Below, piece by piece: positions 52,701 to 64,000 of a stretch of DNA of 64,000 nucleotides. Source of the DNA: Somniosus microcephalus. Taxonomy: Eukaryota. Within the stretch, counting starts at the first letter, position 1. Each line of letters starts with the position of its first letter. Both the position numbers and the translations under genes were made by a program. The notes under the pieces were generated by a model, which was not told where the DNA came from, made no database searches, and saw only the letters and a program-made list of their open reading frames with translations. The stretch covers positions 317,998,001 to 318,062,000 of the forward strand of contig CM126204.1 in NCBI GenBank assembly GCA_052327205.1, written 5' to 3'.

Positions 52701-53048
52701 GCGATGCTCAAGTCTTCTCTGGATGGTCGACGCCCGTATTTCTGGACTCGGCCTTCTTCTTTCACTGTTCTCCAGGAGCGAATCCCTGGGAGGTGATGCA
52801 GAGTTGCAGGTAGGTTTGAATCCACTAGTCGCCACTGTTAAATCCATGTATCTTGATGTATGGTGTCCTTCAATAAATAGACAGAGACTGCAGATAACAA
52901 ACAACAGGTGTTTACTGGATGAGGGCTACTCTAAAACTAACAGTACAGATCCCTACTCAGGGTTTATATACAGGTGTGGTCACTGCTGGTACTACAGTAT
53001 ACAGGAGCTGTAAAAAGCAGTTCTCCCCTTAAAGGTACATACACTACA
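46794..53048 (-). mobile_element. Gypsy LTR retrotransposon (Gypsy-D, relative of Gypsy-A), frameshifted, with a solo LTR inserted in RT
   Basis: 213-bp TG..CA LTRs at 46794-47006 and 52836-53048; TSD cttac; PBS tggcgactag; gag 51810-52202, pol pieces down to 47094. Confidence 0.95.
49276..50450. mobile_element. 1175-bp solo LTR of an unrelated family
   Basis: tgtaagg...tcctaca ends; 4-bp TSD cttg; removing it rejoins the RT sequence MDQV|LQGIPG. Confidence 0.85.
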
Positions 53049-56000
53049 CTTACCTTCAGCGACTGGTGCACAAGGACACCCAGGTCTCGTTCCACTTCCT
53101 CTTTTCCCAATCTATTGACGTTCAGATAATAATCTGCCTTCCTGTTTTTGACACCAAAGTAGATAACCTCACATTTATCCACATTATACTGCATCTGCCA
53201 TTCATCTGCCCAATCACCTAACCTTTCCAAATCATAGTGGAGTTTCTCTGCATCCTCCTCACAGCACACATGCCCACCCAGCTTTGTGTCGTCTGCAAAC
53301 TTGGAGATATTGCGGTATCCCACTAGTCACTGCCTGCCACTCAGAAAAAGACCCGTTTATTCCAACTCTTTGCTTCCTGTCTGCCAACCAGTTCTCTATC
53401 CAAGCCAGTACCTTACCCCCAATCCCATGTGCTTTAACTTTGCACGCCAATCTCTTATGCGGGACCTTATCGAAAGCCTTCTGAAAGTCCAAATACACCA
53501 CATCCACTGGTTCTCCCTTATCTATTCTACCAGTTACATCCTCAAAAAATTCCAGTAGATTAGTCAAGCATGATTTACCTTTTGTAAATCCATGTTGACT
53601 TTGTCCGATCCTGTCACTGTTTTCCAAGTGCTCTGCTATTACATCTTTTATAATGGACTCTAGCATTTTCCCCACTACCGATGTCAGGCTTACCGGTCTA
53701 TAATTCCCCGCTTTCTCTCTACCACCTTTTTTAAATAGTGGGGTTACATTAGCTACCCTCCAATCCATGGGAACTATTCCAGTGCCTATAGATTTTGGAA
53801 GATGACCAGCAATGCATCTACTATTTCTAGGGCCACTTCCTTAAGTACCCTAGGATGTAGATTATCAGGCCCTGGGGATTTATCGGCCTTCAATGCCGTC
53901 AATTTCCCTAACACCATTTCCCTACAAATACTGATTTCATTCAATTCCTCCCTCTCATTAGACCCTATGTTCCCCAACATCTCTGGAAGGTTATTTGTGT
54001 CCTCCTTTGTGAAGATAGAACCAAAGTATGTATTTAATTGGTCTGCCATTTCTTTGTTCCCCATTATAAATTCCCCTGATTCTGACTGCAAGGGACCTAC
54101 GCTTGACTTCACCAATCTTTTTCTCTTCACATATCTATAAAAACTTATACAGTCAGTTTTTATGTTCCCCGCAAGCTTACTCTCATACTCTATTTTCCCC
54201 CTCTTAATTAATCCCTTTGTCCTCCTTTGCTGAATCCCAAACTGCTCCCAATCCTCAGGTTTGCTGCTTTTTCTGGCCAATTTATATGTCCTCTCCTTGG
54301 ATTTTATGCTATCCCTTATTTCCCTTGTTAGCCACGGCTGAGTCACCTTTTTTGTTTTATTTTTATGCCAAACAGGGATGAACAAACTCTGTAGTTCATC
54401 CATGCGATATTTAAATGTTTGCCATTGCCTATCCACCGTCAACCCTTTAAGTAACGTTCCCCAATCCATCCTAACCAACTCGTGACTCATACCATCGTAG
54501 TTTCCTTTATTTAAATTTAGGACCCTAGCCTCTGAGTCAAATACTTCACTCTCCATCTTAATGAAGAATTCTATCATATTATGATCGCTTTTCCCCAAGG
54601 GGCCTCGCACAACAACATTGCTAATTAATCCTTTCTCATTACATAATACCCAGTCTAAGATGGCCTGATCTCTAGTTGGTTCCTTGACATATTGGTCCAG
54701 GAAACCATCCCGTATACACTCTAGGAATTCCTCCTCCACAGTATTGTTACTAATTTGGTTAGCCCAATCTATATGTAGATTAAAGTCATCCATGATAACT
54801 GCTGTGCCGTTGTTGTATGCAACTCTAATTTCCCGTTTAATGCATCCCCAACCTCAGCATTGCTGTTTGGGGGTCTGTATACAACTCCCACTAACGTTTT
54901 CTGCCCCTTGGTATTTCTCAGCTCTACCCATACAGATTCCACATCATCAGAGCTAATATTCTTCCTTACTATTGTGTTAATCTCCTCTTTAACCAGCAAT
55001 GCTACCCCACCTCCTTTTCCTTTTTGCCTGTCCTTCCTGAATATTGAATACCCCTGGATGTTGAATTCTTGGAAGGACGAACAGCTGTAAATGGAGATCT
55101 AAATCTTATGGTGAGCTAAGTGAACTGAATGGCCTTTTCTCATTCTTTCATTATACCTGTCTCCAATTTCCTTCCAGTAACATTATCTTCTGTTTGATTT
55201 CAGCTATAAAGGCATGTTTCAAGAAGTAATAAACTTTGTGCACCATGTTTGAATAGGGAAGATTTAGTTTGAATATAAACTCCTCTGGTCGTCAGATGTA
55301 TTCTTGTATATTTACAATTCATCATCTTATTGGTCCAAGAGAATAAAGTTAATGGGTTTACCCATTACAAGAAATATATGAGCATCATTAAAAATCTCCC
55401 AAAGCAATCCTATTATCAAGAATTATATAGTTCTACATAAAAGTCAGTGTACACATACCGCACTCCAAGAATCAGCTTGCAAGTGTCCCTCGCAGATTAC
55501 ATTTCTTGGCTTCCTTCACGAGTGAAATAACTATATGCTATACTTAAAGAAAATTGGAAATTTTTAATTCCAATGACTATTTCTGCAATATCACTGTCTA
55601 AATAGTAAAAAAACTAGGCACGTAGTTGTAACTTTTATCAATCAGTTAAGAGGGAAACTATTTTCACACTTCCAAATGATGGCTGGCATTTCACTATCTT
55701 CCTTTTTGATCAAATTACCCTACCCCAAGATCAGGTATATGAGGTCTGCATTAAGTTGATTGGCCATCAAATATTTTGTCCATGTAATTCAGTGCTGAAG
55801 AAATGTTGGCTGGGATTTCCTGTCTGGGCCCCATTGATTTGTTGATGGATCTGGACAGGCAAGAGCAAACAATCGGCTGGGGATACATTCCACCGTGTCC
55901 CTACCTTGTTCTGCACCCCTCCCATTTCCTATTGTCTGGGCCCAGCAGCATACAATACACTTGTCCATTTGACGGGGCATATTATTAGAGAATGCAAATG

Positions 56001-57989
56001 AGAGAAATATGTTTGCCAATTAATTTCCTGTGATTTACCTATGGGCACGTGTTATTCCCACATCATCCAGTGTTGCAATGGTGGTGGAAAAACCCATGAG
56101 AATTTTTTCCCTGCTGGCACGAAAGAATGGATTGACAGGATGGAGAAGAAAGCAGGATTTCGACCCTTTTACACAGAAGAATGTCACAGAAGAACTCCAC
56201 CCACAATCAGGCAGGAGTTTCCAGCAGAGGCCCACCTGGCCCTAGATGTGCCCCAGTTAATCAAAGGTGAAAAAGATAGGCCATCGTATTTCAATAAGGT
56301 GTATATCGATTATGTAAAAAAATAATTTATTTTGTAGTCAGAAAATGCAGGCATAGCCTTTTTAATATAACCACGCCTGTGGAAAGGGAAATGCTCCCTT
56401 TATCCAATTTGGAGATAACAATTTTCCCAGTAGAAAATATACCGATCTAGAGAAATCTGCCTGATAAGTCTAGCTTGAGGGAACAAATTCCCCCTATACA
56501 GTACCTGTCAATTATAAGCAGGAATTCCTAACTAACTCAATTTATATTTTTTTTCTGGTGGCTGATCAAACACAATTAGCCATTCTAACAAGATGGGAAA
56601 CAATAGGCTGAAGAATAGACTTGAAGGGTTCAAACATAAAGAAAAACAAGAAAGACTTGCATTTCTATAGCGCCTTTCACGACCTCAGGACGACCCAAAG
56701 CGCTTTACAGCCAATGAAGTACTTTTGAAGTGTGGTCACTGTTGTAATGTAGGAAACTTTAATCATCACAGAGAACTTGTTCATGGAAACAATATGGCCA
56801 ATAAAAAGATATTTTTAAATGGCATCCATTGCGCTTATATAGGTACCTGAGAACTGGTTATCAGCCGTGTAAATGTTTAATCATACACGAATCCCTAAGA
56901 AAACAGCTTTCCTCGGATGAATACAGAATCATTTTTTCATTGCTGCCTGTGAAAAGAACACCCCAGCCAGTATCTTGCTATTCTGCTCATGCACCGGTGT
57001 GCATTATTCTCTGAGGAGCTGCAGTTGTTTGTATTAACATTTATAATGAATGGCATTGCAAATAGATAAGAGAAATGGGTAGGATCAATGGAATATTTGC
57101 ACCACTGAAAATGGTCAAATCTACACTGTTTAATAGCTCAACGACTACAATAGTTTCAACAATCACAGCAATAAGTAGAAACAAAACAATACAAGCTAAC
57201 CAGCATTTCTCCATTTTAACTGCCAATTAAACAAGTCAAATTAATCATTTTGTTTACTTGAACATTAAATTGCTGTGCATGACAATTTAAGGAGACTGCA
57301 ATGACCCTTTAAGACTAGTGTTCCCCCACCATTTTTCCAAATGAACGTGTTGTCAATCTCAAGTCAGTTTCATGAACTCAGAATGAACTGACTGGTGATC
57401 CACGATATTCTGGGTATTTAGAAGTAGTATCATCAGCAAATGGATTACTGCAATAAAAACAGTAACAATTTATTTTAAGTCCCATGAATAAAAATGTAAT
57501 TATAAAATTATTAATGTGTAATTGCATTGTTAGTCATGCATCTACAATGGAAGACTAGGTAATAAAAATAGTATTAGTATACTATCATTCTATTTACATT
57601 GCTATTAGTTATTCATTTATGACACATTGGTAGTCGCAGAACTACAAAGAAATACTATGAATTAATATTATAATTAAAGTTATTATTTGTTAATTGCATT
57701 ATGTTTTATGGGACATAAAAGGAAAATATTACCATGAAAAACATTAGATTAGATAAAGACAGAATTTTAGAGATGTCTTTTTTATTTTGATCCAAAATAT
57801 AACACCAAGTCCTGTAATAGGGATTGGATTTAAAGATAGTTCTTCCATCTCTGGTATAGAGATTCCAGCCCAGACTGGTGGTATTAAAGTTTCTTTCTGA
57901 TAGATGTAATGGTTGAAATTCAAAACAGTTTGGTAAATCTCAACCCAGTTCCAAATGGGTACACAGCAATAAACTGCCTCTAATCCAGT

Positions 57990-59150
57990 GTCAGCCTGAC
58001 TCAGGTGGCAGCACACCCACTTGAGTCAGCAGGTTGTGGATTCAAGCTCTACTCCAGGGTTTGAGAACATAATGGCTCGGATTTTGGGGTCAGCGGCAAA
58101 GGAGCTGCGCTCGCCGTTCACCTCGAAAAAAGTGGCCCACAAAGTTTTAGCGGGCTATAGAGCACAGATTTTCTCTTTGTAAGTTTGAATTTGGTGCCTT
58201 CTACAGGGGATCTGCGATGTCTGTGAACAGGGGAAGCAGCAGGGAGGTTGGTCAACCAATCAGATTGAAGAATCCTCACAGACGGCAAAGAAGGAAATAT
58301 AAATTACATTTAAATCATTATACAAAAAGTGAAATAAAGATTGAGACATACACAGGGGATTAAGGGAGAAACTTAAATAGAAAAACACAAACTTCAAAAA
58401 ATATTTTTAATTTTCTCAAAATCTGCAATGATTAATTTTCTTCTGTGGGAATGAAACTCCACACTTGTAAAATAAATTTTCCAGGACCAGTGAGGTTGTT
58501 TGGCGGTAATCATGACTTACTGCGCCATTAAAAACTCAGTTACACCTGATTGAACAAGGCTTAAGTTTTTCATCGGTCTTTAGTGCGATAATAGTGAGTA
58601 ATTAGTTTAAGTTCACACCTTAACCATGATTTCCGTGGTGATTCCATCGCAACGACTGCAACAGCGCAGCCTGTGGAGGAGCAGGGTATCACTGACAGCA
58701 ACTTCCGTCATTCCGCGTTTCACTGCGCAGGTGCGGATGCCAGAAGTTGCTGTCACTTTTACCCAGTAATGATGGCGAGCGCTGACAGCCTCACCATTAT
58801 TGCCACAGCAAATTCTGGGCCATTGAATGTAATGTGACACTTCAGTGCAGTACTGAGGGAGTGCTATATTGTGGTAACTGCTAACATTTTGGATTGAACC
58901 GAGGTTCTAGCTGCCTGTTAGAGAGAATGTAAGAGATCACATGGCATTATTCAAAGCAGAGGAGGGGGCTCTCTGGGTGTCTAAGCCAATATTCAACCCT
59001 TAACCAATACCACCAACATAGACTGGCTGGTCATTCACCTTGATGCTGTTTGTGGTACCTTTAGCTGCTGCATTTATGCACTTCAAAGATAATTCATTAG
59101 TTGTGAAGTCCTTTGTGATGTCCAGAAGATACGGTGCTATATAAATGCAA
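57990..59150 (+). mobile_element. Deu-domain tRNA SINE interrupted by a MITE
   Basis: tgactcaggtggcagcac..ggattcaagc head; tgacacttcagtgcagtactgaggga resumes at ~58835; gctatataaatgcaa tail. Confidence 0.8.
58074..58821. mobile_element. Non-autonomous Harbinger-type element (uninterrupted relative of 10315-22615)
   Basis: ggctcggatttt / aaattctgggcc ends flanked by aat / att. Confidence 0.8.
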
Positions 59151-59426
59151 TAATTCAACACTAATTGGCAGCATCATTCAGAGAGGCCACAGAATGGCTG
59201 GAGTAAGAAATTAAAACACCGTGCTGGGGTTAAGCCCCTTTACAAAATGCAGAACTGTTTCTACTTGATGTAGTTCTGCAACGTGCTCTCCAACCAACTC
59301 CAGTTACAGTGGAGGGCAGATTCTGCGGCACCAGTGGCCACAGAAATGTTATTCTATGCGTGCAGGCTTAAGCATACTCAGTTACTTAAAAGCTGAAATT
59401 AAAACTATCATCTTCTGACCATATCC

Positions 59427-59922
59427 GTGCAGAAAAGATTTCCAAGATTGATTCCAGGGATGAGGGACTTTAGTTACGTGGATAGACTGGAGAAGCCAGG
59501 GTTGTTCCCCTTAGAACAGCGAAAATTGAGAGGCGATTTGATAGAGATGTTCAAAATCATGAGGGGTCTGGACAGAGTAAATAGAGAGAAACTGTTCCCA
59601 TTGGCAGAAGGGTCAAAAACCAAAGGATACAGATTTAAGGTGATTAGCAGAAGGTCCAAAGGCGACATGAGGAAAAACTTTTTTACGCAGCGAGTGGTTA
59701 GGATCTGGAATGCACTGCCTGAAAGGGTGGTGGAGGCAGATTTAATTATGGCTTTCAAAAGAGAATTAGATAAGTACCTGAAAGAAAAAAATTTGCAGGG
59801 CTACGGGGAAAGGGCGGGGGAGTAGGACTAGCTGAAGTGCTCTTGCAGAGAGCCGGCACAGGCTCAATGGGTCAAATGGCCTTGTTCTGTGCTGTAACCA
59901 TTCTATGATTCTATGATTCTAT
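59427..59922 (+). mobile_element. CR1 3' fragment
   Basis: ORF 59427-59825 (LRGDLIEMFK..FFTQRVVRIWNALP) and (attctatg)3 tail. Confidence 0.9.
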
Positions 59923-60049
59923 GTTTTGGGCCAAGAAACAGAGTATAATTATAAACTTTTCATATTTTAGTCAAAAGAACAGAAAAATAACTATGAAACA
60001 GTAATTCAACAATTCGATCAATACTGTGATTCAAAACATAACCTGATTT

Positions 60050-60930
60050 ATGAAAGGGAATTCTTCCAACAGCACACTAAGAAAGCAGGAGAAGCTGCAG
60101 AATTATTTATCCAGAATCTCTATGAACTGGTTGAATGTGGTGAATTTGAATCACCCAAAAATGAGCACATTCAGGACAGAATTGTGATTGACTTTGCTGA
60201 CAAAGACTTGTCACAGAAGCTGCAAATGAAATCGGAGCTGACGCTTGGTACAGCTTTCCAAATGGTCTGTCACTCAGAACTGATGAAATGCCAAATAGCA
60301 GGTCAGAGGCCAACTAAAGAGCTGGAAGAGGTTGCATAGAAGTCATAGTTTAGAAGTGGGGAAGAAAAGAAATGGAATAATTCCCAGAATGAGAGAGCTC
60401 CACGAAGACAGAGAGTACCTGGTGCCTTGTGCATGTTGTAATCACTGACACAGTCGAGAAGAGAACTCTCCAGTGCACAATTAAAGACGCTGGAAATGTA
60501 ATAAACTGGCACATTTTGAAATGATTTGTGAAACAAAGGTTGTTAAAGCAGTGATCTCCAATAATAAATCACATCATCAGGAATAATTCTGGTCTGAATC
60601 AGCTATGTGTGATGATGACACAGACAAATCATGGCAGGCCATAAATGGCAAGACTGTAAATTTTAAGATTGATAATGGCGCAGACATCACTGTTATGTCA
60701 CAGCATACATGCCGCAGTCTCCCCCCAGATACAGCGACTGAACATTAAACAGTAAACCTCAGGAGGGAAACTGGACTGCAAGGGACAACCTATTGCATGC
60801 ACTATATTCAAAGGCGGAAAGATCACATTTTCAGAAGAGGAACTAAAAACAATAAAATAAACTAGCATAATTGAGGAAATTACTAAATTTACACATTGGT
60901 GCAGGCCAATTGTACCAGTTGTAAAAGCAG
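60050..60930 (+). pseudogene. Ancient Gypsy gag/pol fossil
   Basis: aattttaagattgataatggcgcagacatcactgtt = NFKIDNGADITV (protease-like); tggtgcaggccaattgtaccagtt = WCRPIVPV (RT start). Confidence 0.55.
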
Positions 60931-60963
60931 TCCATACTCCACAGAAAGAGTTAATTTTGTGTC

Positions 60964-61385
60964 AGTTTAGCTCAACTCATAGCACTCTTGCCTCTGAGTT
61001 AGAAGGTTGTGGATTAAAGTCCACTACTGACTTGAGCACATAATCTAGGTTGACACTTCAGTGCAGTACTGAGGGGATGCTGCGCTGCCGTCTTTCAGAA
61101 CAAGTGTTAAAGTGAGGCTCTACCTGTCTAGTCCAATGGTTATAGAAAAGATTCCATCGCACTATTCGAAAAAGAGCAGGGAGTCACCTGGTATCCCAAC
61201 TAACAATCCTCACTCAACCAAACCTGTAAAACGCATGCTATTCATTTGCTGTTCGTGTACAAATTGACTGCCGTGTTTGCTTACATAACAAAAGTGATTG
61301 CACTTCAAAATGAAAGTTGCCATTGGTTGTAAAGCACTTTGTGACATCCTGCTGACGTGATAAGCCACTATACAAGTTCTTTGTT
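60964..61385 (+). mobile_element. Deu-domain tRNA SINE
   Basis: tagctcaactcatagcactcttgcctctgagttagaaggttgtgg head, Deu core and L2-like tail. Confidence 0.8.
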
Positions 61386-61875
61386 GTAGTTGATACACTA
61401 TCCAGGAAACCAATTTAAGGTACAAATGGATTATTTACTGCAAATGAGATACAAGTGTATGTTGAAGCAATAAAGCCCCACATTGCAATTACTGGAGAGA
61501 TTTGCAGTTCTAATAGAAGCAACAACTACAGATAGAATATTTCAAAAAGTTGTTGCTAAAGGTGGGTGGTCTGAGTATGTTCAAAGTGTTCCATGCCAGT
61601 TTCTGGTTCTTCACTGGTAACTTTTGCTGTTTGCATCTTGCTCATGGTACATTTTTTGCTGCTTCAGTGCTTTTTACTGATCGTTTTTCTGACCGTGTGC
61701 TCATATTTAAAACAATCAGCATTGTTCATTTAAAGCAGGTTTGTTGTGCACTCTTGCTCTATTTACTTGAGCAAAGCACAATTCTTTTGCCCTTAGTCAC
61801 TTTCCATGTTTGGCACTTGAACAAATACTTTGCACGTGTGGCCTAATTTAGTGTGGCAAGCATGTGCTAGACTGA

Positions 61876-64000
61876 GGGCTAGAAATTCATTATAGCCAAA
61901 GAATGGGTGGTGTCAGTAGAAAAGTTGGAGAATTAGCGCCAGGCGCAAATGCTTTAGACTGCATGAAAAATTCGTGCTCACTGCTCAATAAAATGTTTGG
62001 AGTCCTAAATCAAGTCTTAAAACCCAAGCTCTTTGGTGTTAGGCTGAAAGGGTGGAACAATATCGGGTGCTGTCTAGTCGCAACTCATCATTGCCACAGG
62101 CTTTTTTCACTGCATAAAGGGGAGGTTCATTGATGCTGCAGCACCTCATTCTCAGCATTGCTGGCTGTGCAGCTGCCTCAGCAAGCAGAAGCAGAACAAG
62201 GAGAAGGAGCCGCAGACTAAACCAGGTGTGCTCATGGCAGGTCCGTGCCTCGGGGAGAGAGCCTGCAGGTTCACCGATGAAGAATTGGAGGCATTGGTTT
62301 TCGCTGTGGAGAGACGGACGGGGATGCTCTACCCAGCAAGTGGCAGGAGGCCCACAAGTCTTCTACACCATGGGGAAGGAACAAGTGCAGCATGTCTCGG
62401 GCAGCACTGTTGTCCTCAGGACCCACACACAGTGCAGGAAGAAATTTAACAACCTCACTTGGGTGGTCAGGGCGAGTGAATGCTTCAACAAATGCTACAT
62501 ACCATCATCTTCACACACTGCCCAAAGCACCACACCGCCAGCACTCACACTTAATCTCTACCTAGCAACACTCACACCCACATCTCACACCTTGCACACA
62601 ATGATAGCTATTCAACTATGGCAGGCACAGGGGTCATTAGTTACTGGAATTCATGTGATATGTGTGATATGTTTATAGATACATTTATTAATGGTGTTTG
62701 GAATATTTTGTGCTCTCTCATTTCACCTTTGCACCCAGGAGGACGCTGTGATATGCCATGAGACAGGGATTGTATGATGGAGACATGGTGAGCTACAGGG
62801 ATCTGGGGTTTCATTCATGTGAATCGGAGTCTGATGAGCCAGTCACGGACAGCCCGTCCAGAAGGCCAATTGTCTTGCTGTCTCCTCCCTCCCTCTTGTT
62901 CCTCCTCCTTCTCATCCTCTTCCTCCTCGTCCTCCTCCTCATCCTCTTCCTCCTCTGCCTCGTCCTCCTCCTGAGGTGGTCCCACAATCCCTGGTGGCAA
63001 GGGCTGTGCCCCCGTGATGGTCAAGTTGTGGAGCATGCAGCAGACCACCACGAAATGGGACACCCACTCTGGCGAGTACTGGAGAGCTCCTCCCAAGTGG
63101 TCAAGGTGCAAAACCATTGCTTCAATAAGCCGATGGTCTGCTTGATGATGTTCCTGGAGGCAGCATGGCTCTCATTATATGAGTGCTGTGCAGCAGTGTT
63201 GGGATTGCAGAGGGGAGTCGTGAGCCAGGTGGAGAACGGATAGCCCTTGTCACTGAGCAGCCACCCTCAAGCTTGACGTGGTGGCTGGAAGATTGCTGGC
63301 ACACTGGTCTGGCGCAGAATGAAGGCATCATGGCTGCTGCCAAGTTAGCAGGCATTGACATTAAGGATTCGCTGTGTGTGGTCGCACACCAACTACACAT
63401 TAAGTGAGTGGTAGCCTTTGCGGTTGTGGAAGATCTCAAGATTGTTATGCGGTGCCTGCAAAGCCACGTGGGTGCAGTCGATGGCGCCCTGCACCATGGG
63501 GAAGCCTACTATCCTGGCAAAGCCACATGCATGCTCGTCATGCTTCTCTCTCGGGAAGCCAATGTAGTTCCATCTCCTGCTGCAGAGAGCCTCAGCGATC
63601 TCCCGGATGCAGCGATGGACAGCAGACTGTGAGATGTTAGCTATGTCTCCTATTGCAGACTGGAAGGATCCACTGGCGAAGAAATTGAGGGCCACAGTGA
63701 CCTTGACTGCCACAGGGAGAGTCGTGGTCGCCCTGGTCTGAGGCTGAAGGTCTGGTTGCAGGAGTTGGCAGAGTTCTGTGACCACCTCCTTGGTGAAGCG
63801 TAGCCTTCTAATACACTGCTCCTTGCTTAATTAAACTTAGGAGAAATGCTCTCGGAATACCTTCAGAGGGTAAAGCCTCCTGTTGAGAGCCCTAATGGTG
63901 CTCCTCCTCCCTCTGCGCACATGTTCCCATATTTCTCACTGCCTCCGCTCCCTCCACCATAGATCCTGGAGGGCAAGGTTGCATGCCAGTACAGTTCCCA
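61876..64000. mobile_element. Second, decayed Harbinger transposon (runs off the window end)
   Basis: TIR gggctagaaattc at 61876; Myb exon 1 remnant on + at 62234-62472 (RFTDEELEALV, RTHTQCRKKFNNL); convergent transposase. Confidence 0.85.
62815..64000 (-). pseudogene. Harbinger DDE transposase fragments
   Basis: [48 protein letters not shown]; clearly homologous to 13881-14949. Confidence 0.9.

Larger units (their letters stand above)
46105..55066 (-). mobile_element. Near-complete CR1 ORF2 copy split by Gypsy-D (46105-46793 and 53049-55066)
   Basis: ORFs 53786-54793, 53259-53768 and 46200-46505; the frame ..HQSLKV|SMQVQQ.. joins across the LTR element. Confidence 0.9.

Noticed and set aside
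55789-57226. Short ORFs (55789-56019, 56041-56325, hydrophobic 57041-57226) as host exons or a piggyBac remnant
   Set aside because: No recognisable domain or consistent splice structure

Overview
This is eukaryotic, repeat-dominated genomic DNA. The repeat inventory (abundant CR1/HER1-like LINEs, Deu-domain tRNA SINEs, L2 tails) suggests a cartilaginous fish; that is an inference. No host protein-coding gene could be identified with confidence. The window is a stack of nested transposons: many CR1 LINE copies (one with an open 938-aa ORF2), a young RTE-X-like LINE with an inverted short copy beside it, and four Gypsy LTR elements with resolvable LTRs and 5-bp TSDs. It also holds a 1.2-kb solo LTR, two PIF/Harbinger DNA transposons (transposase plus convergent Myb/SANT gene) and several non-autonomous elements sharing the Harbinger TIR core. 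Most notable observations: (1) an extra structured module with a U-rich internal loop (ENE-like) in the 3' UTR of the open-ORF CR1; (2) a paired, oppositely oriented RTE-X insertion at similar TATYTGG targets; (3) an apparently intact three-exon Myb/SANT gene in a Harbinger whose transposase is dead; (4) templated inverted patches at a Gypsy deletion junction. All coordinates and mismatch counts were read by eye.
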